The notes under the pieces: generated by a model
Seen by the model: the letters and a program-made list of their open reading frames with translations, nothing else
The model's database searches: none
Told to the model about the DNA's origin: nothing
Assembly: GCA_050298595.1 (NCBI GenBank)
Contig: JBNKUM010000100.1
Span: 64,001 to 128,000, forward strand
Direction of reading: 5' to 3'
DNA from: Gammaproteobacteria bacterium
GTDB lineage: Bacteria; Pseudomonadota; Gammaproteobacteria; GCA-001735895
Length of the DNA stretch: 64,000 nt
Shown here: piece by piece, positions 59,160 through 64,000 of the stretch
Layout: each line of letters starts with the position of its first letter
Position numbering within the stretch: position 1 is the first letter of the stretch
Made by a program: the position numbers and the translations under genes

Positions 59160-60086
59160 TTATTTATCTGCCTGCACCAGGTTGACAAAAATATCCTGTA
59201 ACGAACTTTCCGTTGTGCGGAGGTCTTTCATCGATAACCCCGCATTATGCATATCCTGAAGCAGGGCTGTGATGCCGGTGCTTTTACCCTGAGTGTCGTA
59301 GGTGAATATGAGTTCATTGCCATCGTCTGCAAGTTCAAGCGCATGTGAGTTTAGCGACTCAGGTACTTTATGGATGGGTTCCTTGAGTTCAATAATCAAT
59401 TGTTTGCGCCCCAGCTCCTGCATCAGGTTTACCTTGTCATCGACAAGTAATAGTTGTCCATCATTGATAACACCGACGCGATCTGCAATCTGTTCGGCTT
59501 CTTCAATATAATGCGTAGTCAAGATGATAGTGACACCTGAGTCACGTAGTTTGTTAACGATACGCCACATATCTTTACGTAGCTCAACATCGACCCCGGC
59601 GGTGGGCTCATCCAGAAACAGAATCTTTGGCTGATGAGAAAGTGCTTTAGCGATAAGCACTCTGCGTTTCATACCGCCTGATAGCATGCGTAGCTCATTA
59701 TCCTTCTTGTCCCACAATGACAGGTCTTTGAGTAATTGCTCGAGATAGGCATCATCCGCTTTTTTACCAAACAGGCCTCTGCTAAAGCGTAAGGTGTCCC
59801 ATACCCTCTCGAATGCAGAAAGTGTGAGCTCCTGTGGCACCAGGCCAATCTGACTACGGGCTTGCCGATAATCTTCAATAATATCAAAACCACCAACGCT
59901 AACCTCGCCTGAAGTGGGTGACACCAGGCCGCATATCACTGAAATTAATGTCGTTTTGCCAGCGCCATTAGGTCCAAGCAAGGCGAGTATCTCACCTTCT
60001 TTGATATCGAGGTTGACCTGTTTGAGTGCCTGAAACCCGCCCTCGTAGGTCTTGCTGAGGTTAGAAATGGAAATGATTGTCGTCAT
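59160..60086 (-). CDS. ABC exporter ATP-binding subunit (YadG-like)
   Basis: [26 protein letters not shown]. Confidence 0.9.
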   Translation of the reverse strand: MTTIISISNLSKTYEGGFQALKQVNLDIKEGEILALLGPNGAGKTTLISVICGLVSPTSGEVSVGGFDIIEDYRQARSQIGLVPQELTLSAFERVWDTLRFSRGLFGKKADDAYLEQLLKDLSLWDKKDNELRMLSGGMKRRVLIAKALSHQPKILFLDEPTAGVDVELRKDMWRIVNKLRDSGVTIILTTHYIEEAEQIADRVGVINDGQLLLVDDKVNLMQELGRKQLIIELKEPIHKVPESLNSHALELADDGNELIFTYDTQGKSTGITALLQDMHNAGLSMKDLRTTESSLQDIFVNLVQADK

Positions 60087-60338
60087 GTCTGAATGATACG
60101 GTATATTGAGAGCGGATGGTTAATCCAGACGATATGGAGGCAAGTATTTTTATTTCAATCGTACAACCCGGTTTTATCCCGGCTCGAATGAGGCAGTTAC
60201 TAGAATTTACAGTTTCCTTTTATTGAGGTTAAGTAGAACTCCATGCAGGAAAGCCAATGCGACACCTGAAGACCAGCCATGCCCATGTTACCTTGTCTTT
60301 GATGATCTGGCGCATCTTGCTGGTTTGATGCTTCAGCA

Positions 60339-61181
60339 TTACCAGCGCCGATTAATTGCATAGTCACCAGAATGTTTTACAAACGGCATCAATAGCATGC
60401 CCGGTAAATAGTCCACCTGTATGGGGTCGCGAAAATCTTCAACACCCAGTTTCATTTCAATATGACCTTCTTCTGGCTGAGCCAGGTAAGTACCGAATAA
60501 GCGATCCCACCAGGGGAGGCTGAAGCCAAAATTCGAATTTGCTAAAGATGCTTTTACAGAATGATGAACGCGGTGCATATCAGGTGTTACCACAAAAAGC
60601 CGTAAGATGCGGTCAATTTTTTCAGGAATATAGATGTTTCCATGATTAAACATAGCGCTTGCATTTAACAAAACTTCAAAGATCAGCACGGCAACAACCG
60701 GAGGACCCAGAGCCATAATGGTGGCAAATTTGATCATCATCGAAAGTATAATTTCAAAGGTATGGAAGCGTGCACCAGTAGTCACATCGTAATCAAGATC
60801 GGCATGATGTACTCGATGTAAACGCCATAGAACAGGTATGGCATGAACCATCACATGCTGCAGGTAGATAACAAAATCCATGGCAATTACCGCAATAACA
60901 ACCGAAAACCAGAAAGAAAACTCGTAGCTGTTGAGTAGCCCCCAGCCTTTTTGTTGTGCAACAAGGGCTACTCCAATAGCAGCAGTAGGAAACAGGATGC
61001 GTAGAATAAAGCTGTTAAGAAAGGTCAGTGACAGATTGTTAATCCAGCGAACGCCTTTTGACACATTGAGCTTACGGCGAGGAGCGCGTATTTCCCAAAC
61101 AGCAATGATGGCAAATACGCCAAAAAAGAAACTCAAACGAACAGGCATTTCATGCCCAAGTATCCAGTCGGTTATATTCAT
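60339..61181 (-). CDS. Sterol desaturase / fatty acid hydroxylase family membrane protein
   Basis: His boxes HVMVH, HRVHH, NHGN and HRVHH. Confidence 0.88.
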   Translation of the reverse strand: MNITDWILGHEMPVRLSFFFGVFAIIAVWEIRAPRRKLNVSKGVRWINNLSLTFLNSFILRILFPTAAIGVALVAQQKGWGLLNSYEFSFWFSVVIAVIAMDFVIYLQHVMVHAIPVLWRLHRVHHADLDYDVTTGARFHTFEIILSMMIKFATIMALGPPVVAVLIFEVLLNASAMFNHGNIYIPEKIDRILRLFVVTPDMHRVHHSVKASLANSNFGFSLPWWDRLFGTYLAQPEEGHIEMKLGVEDFRDPIQVDYLPGMLLMPFVKHSGDYAINRRW

Positions 61182-61233
61182 AGTCGGTTTCCTAAATCCG
61201 GGTGTCTGTTATACTTATCGTGATGAGGTCTTG

Positions 61234-61255
61234 AATTCAATAGATCTCTTGAATT
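61234..61255. promoter_or_regulatory. Palindromic operator, candidate ArsR site
   Basis: AATTCAA-TAGATCTC-TTGAATT between the divergent desaturase and ArsR genes. Confidence 0.6.
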
Positions 61256-61277
61256 ATTGAAAGCCAGGATAACCCAT

Positions 61278-61940
61278 ATGTCAACAGAAAATTTCAAACA
61301 CAACCTTTTTAATCAGTTTTCACGTGTTGCAAAGGCTATGAGCAACGGTTATCGGTTGGAATTACTCGAATTTCTGGCGCAGGGTGAACGCAGTGTTGAT
61401 GCGCTTGCAAAGGTGGCCGGCTTATCGGTGGCAAATACTTCGCAACATTTACAGCAGTTACTGCAGGCGGGTCTGGTCTCTAATCGTAAAGAAGGGCATA
61501 AGGTTTATTACAATCTGACCGGAATGGACGTTGTAGAGCTGATGGGGTCGCTCAGAAATGTAGCTGAGCGGCATTTAGCCGATGTAGGCAGGCTGGTAAA
61601 CGACTACCTGACGGTCAAGGATAATCTTGAGCCAATATCTGCCAGCCAATTGCTTGAGAGAACGAAAGATGGGCTGGTTACTGTGCTGGATGTTCGACCA
61701 AGAGAAGAATATGATGCAGGGCATCTGCCTGGAGCTGTTAACATTCCTGCACAAGAGCTGGAACAGCAACTGAATAATTTGGCTGATCATCAGGAAGTGG
61801 TTGCCTATTGCCGAGGCCCGCATTGTGTACTGGCATTTGACGCGGTAGAAAAATTAAAGGCAAAGGGGATTTCTGCTCGTCGTCTGAACGGCGGGATGCC
61901 TGAATGGAAATTAGAAGGATATCCCGTTGAGACGTCTTGA
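61278..61940 (+). CDS. ArsR-family regulator fused to a rhodanese domain
   Basis: RLELLEFLAQGERSV..SQHLQQL HTH; LDVRP.EEY..GHLPGA and YCRGPHC. Confidence 0.92.
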   Translation: MSTENFKHNLFNQFSRVAKAMSNGYRLELLEFLAQGERSVDALAKVAGLSVANTSQHLQQLLQAGLVSNRKEGHKVYYNLTGMDVVELMGSLRNVAERHLADVGRLVNDYLTVKDNLEPISASQLLERTKDGLVTVLDVRPREEYDAGHLPGAVNIPAQELEQQLNNLADHQEVVAYCRGPHCVLAFDAVEKLKAKGISARRLNGGMPEWKLEGYPVETS

Positions 61941-61992
61941 AAATTCAGTGAGTTTTTTAAATGTGTAAACCCCAAATCTAACCTGAGATACG

Positions 61993-62343
61993 TTGATGCC
62001 ATTTGATTGTTTATTTTGCGGGCACGAAAAATTTGAAGTGGTCGCCGAAAACGAACTTAGCTATGCAATAAGGGATAAATATCCGGTCACACATCTGCAT
62101 ACATTAATAATATGCAAAAAACACTACAAGACAGTATTCGATTGTCCATCAACAGAATTATTAAGCATTATTGAGCTGGCAAAAGAATGCCGTCTTAGTA
62201 TTGAAGCGATGGATGAAACAGTAAAAGGTTTTAATTTAGGTTCAAACTCAGGAGCGGTAGCCGGACAGAAAATAAACCATGTTCATTTTCATTTAATACC
62301 CAGGCGTTTCGGTGATGTTGAACCTTCACCCGCGTATGGATGA
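61993..62343 (+). CDS. HIT family hydrolase
   Basis: DCLFC, DKYPV..HTLII and AGQ..HVHFHLIPR. Confidence 0.88.
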   Translation: MMPFDCLFCGHEKFEVVAENELSYAIRDKYPVTHLHTLIICKKHYKTVFDCPSTELLSIIELAKECRLSIEAMDETVKGFNLGSNSGAVAGQKINHVHFHLIPRRFGDVEPSPAYG

Positions 62344-62453
62344 CGTTTTATAAAGTAGTTTAAATCAAGATCGAAAAGGGATTGTTGTGAGTTTATCTAT
62401 CGGTAATAGTGGTAGCCCTCAAATATACACAGTTATCCTTAGAAGAATTTATC

Positions 62454-63464
62454 ATGTTAGCTACGTTTAAAATTATTTTATATTCTTTTGTACTGGTGGC
62501 ATTAAGTATTACCGCTTTGCTTGGCTATATGACCTGGATGCCAGCCCCTGATTTTGAAGGTGATGAAAAGGAAATTAAATTTGAGTCGAGTGGATTAGAA
62601 GAGAGACTGGGCGGGCATGTGGTTCGCTTATCAGAATCCAGAGTAGGCCGCAATATTATTGCTGCAGATAGCTTAACCCCAGCCAGGAATTACATCGCCA
62701 ATCAATTTAAAAGTATCGGCTTTAATCCCGAATATCAAAGCTACGATATTGAGGGTGATGAATATTCAAACATCATTATTGATATTCCATCATCTGTGAA
62801 AGGAGCTCCGGTTCTTATCGTTGGGGCTCACTATGATAGTGTCGAAAATTCGCCGGGAGCTAATGATAATGCATCAGGCGTTGCTGCTCTTATTGAAATA
62901 GGGAGATACTTTTCTATAAATCAGCCGCTACATAATCACCTGAGACTCATTGCTTTTGCAAATGAAGAGCCTCCATTTTTTCATACTGATGAGATGGGTA
63001 GTTTGATCTATGCAAAGACACTCTCGGGTAAGGATGAAACCGTTTTGGGGATGATATCCCTGGAAACTATTGGCTATTACACAGAAGCTAAAGGCAGTCA
63101 GAAATATCCCCGTTTTTTTGACCGGCTTTATTCTGATCAGGGAAACTTTCTATCTTTTGTAGGTAATTTTCAGTCAAGGAATCTCCTTACTTCTTCAATT
63201 GCGCTATTCAGGAAGCAGAGTAAAGTGCCTTCGCAAGGTGTAGTTTCCCCAGCTTTTGTACCTGGAGTTGGGTGGTCAGATCATTGGTCATTCTGGAAGG
63301 CGGGGTTTAATGCAATTATGGTTACCGATACTGCTCTGTATAGATATCAGCATTATCATGAGACTAGCGATACGCCTGAAAAATTAAATTACCAACAGTA
63401 CGCTAAAGTTGTTTATGGGTTGTATAAGGTTATTGAGGGGATAGTTTCTCAGAGCAATGAGTAG
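62454..63464 (+). CDS. M28 family peptidase
   Basis: VGAHYDS, PGANDNASG, NEEPP, SDHWSF and YH...D. Confidence 0.9.
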   Translation: MLATFKIILYSFVLVALSITALLGYMTWMPAPDFEGDEKEIKFESSGLEERLGGHVVRLSESRVGRNIIAADSLTPARNYIANQFKSIGFNPEYQSYDIEGDEYSNIIIDIPSSVKGAPVLIVGAHYDSVENSPGANDNASGVAALIEIGRYFSINQPLHNHLRLIAFANEEPPFFHTDEMGSLIYAKTLSGKDETVLGMISLETIGYYTEAKGSQKYPRFFDRLYSDQGNFLSFVGNFQSRNLLTSSIALFRKQSKVPSQGVVSPAFVPGVGWSDHWSFWKAGFNAIMVTDTALYRYQHYHETSDTPEKLNYQQYAKVVYGLYKVIEGIVSQSNE

Positions 63465-63583
63465 GACATTGTTATAAAAGACTGGTACTGATAGTGAGCA
63501 ATTGTTTTTTTAAAGGACTGGAATAGGTATGCTCGTGCAGAATGTTCAGAGGTCATAGTTGAGCGAAGCTCAGGAAAATCACA

Positions 63584-64000
63584 TTGAAACTGATTTTATT
63601 ACCAGGTCTGGATGGTACAGGGAATTTGTTTTCTCCTATATTAGGTGAGCTATCAGCATTTGACTGTACGGTTATACCGCTACCAGAAACTGGAGATCAA
63701 GATTACCGTGCTCTCACGGCATGGGTAAGGAAGCGACTTCCAGAGCAGGATTTTATTTTGATTGCAGAGTCATTTTCTGGCCCTATAGCTGCGACTCTGG
63801 CGGTGGCAGGTATAAAAAACTTGAAGGGAATTATTTTCGTAGCGACCTTTCTATCGGTTCCAAATAAGCCACTTATAAAAATGGCCAGATTATTTCCGAT
63901 TCAGTTTCTATCTTCTTTGCCGCTAGCTACATTTTTTCATAGAGTCTTATTTCTTGGCAGAGGTGCCGATAAAGAGCTAATGAGATTGTTTCAATTGACT
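63584..64000 (+). CDS. Partial alpha/beta-hydrolase (runs off window)
   Basis: TTG start; LILLPGLDGTG...IAESFSGPIA; frame open to the window end. Confidence 0.8.
   Translation, partial: MKLILLPGLDGTGNLFSPILGELSAFDCTVIPLPETGDQDYRALTAWVRKRLPEQDFILIAESFSGPIAATLAVAGIKNLKGIIFVATFLSVPNKPLIKMARLFPIQFLSSLPLATFFHRVLFLGRGADKELMRLFQLT

Noticed and set aside
1-64000. rRNA, tRNA or prophage genes
   Set aside because: None recognised by eye; a tRNAscan/Rfam run would be needed to exclude small RNAs.

Overview
Bacterial chromosomal window, probably a marine or sediment gammaproteobacterium (inferred from gene content only). 1-3.5 kb: 3' part of an AT-rich PEGA-like + six-repeat Kelch-like propeller gene, then a decay zone with a REP doublet, an IS3 fragment, a RAYT fragment and a truncated Ser/Thr kinase. 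3.5-14 kb: modABC with a palindromic ModE-like box, and a five-gene SWIM / helical / MoxR-AAA / YehM-like / vWA operon (yehLMPQ-like). 14.5-24.2 kb: secreted neutral ceramidase, multidomain GH16 lipoprotein with a SUEL-type lectin, an ExbD-like lipoprotein and an NfeD-SPFH pair. 24.7-27.4 kb: decayed integron not evident from the ORF track (truncated intI, attI, attC sites, three cassettes, 3' end of a group IIC-attC intron). 27.6-35.2 kb: the best candidate for an undescribed system, a seven-gene envelope cluster (lipoprotein <> M48-TPR protease, atypical ECF-like sigma, zinc anti-sigma, exported caspase-like protease, outer-membrane beta-barrel, DUF4384-like protein) with three copies of one ECF-type promoter motif. 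36.2-56.9 kb: O2-tolerant membrane-bound NiFe hydrogenase cluster with the HupUV/HupT/HupR H2 sensor, in a rearranged divergent layout. 57-64 kb: IS4 relic, MITE, hemerythrin, ABC-2 exporter, desaturase/ArsR-rhodanese pair, HIT, M28 peptidase and a partial hydrolase. A ~205-bp MITE and a 47-bp nested repeat recur across the window. Family assignments are from motif recognition by eye; no database search was run.
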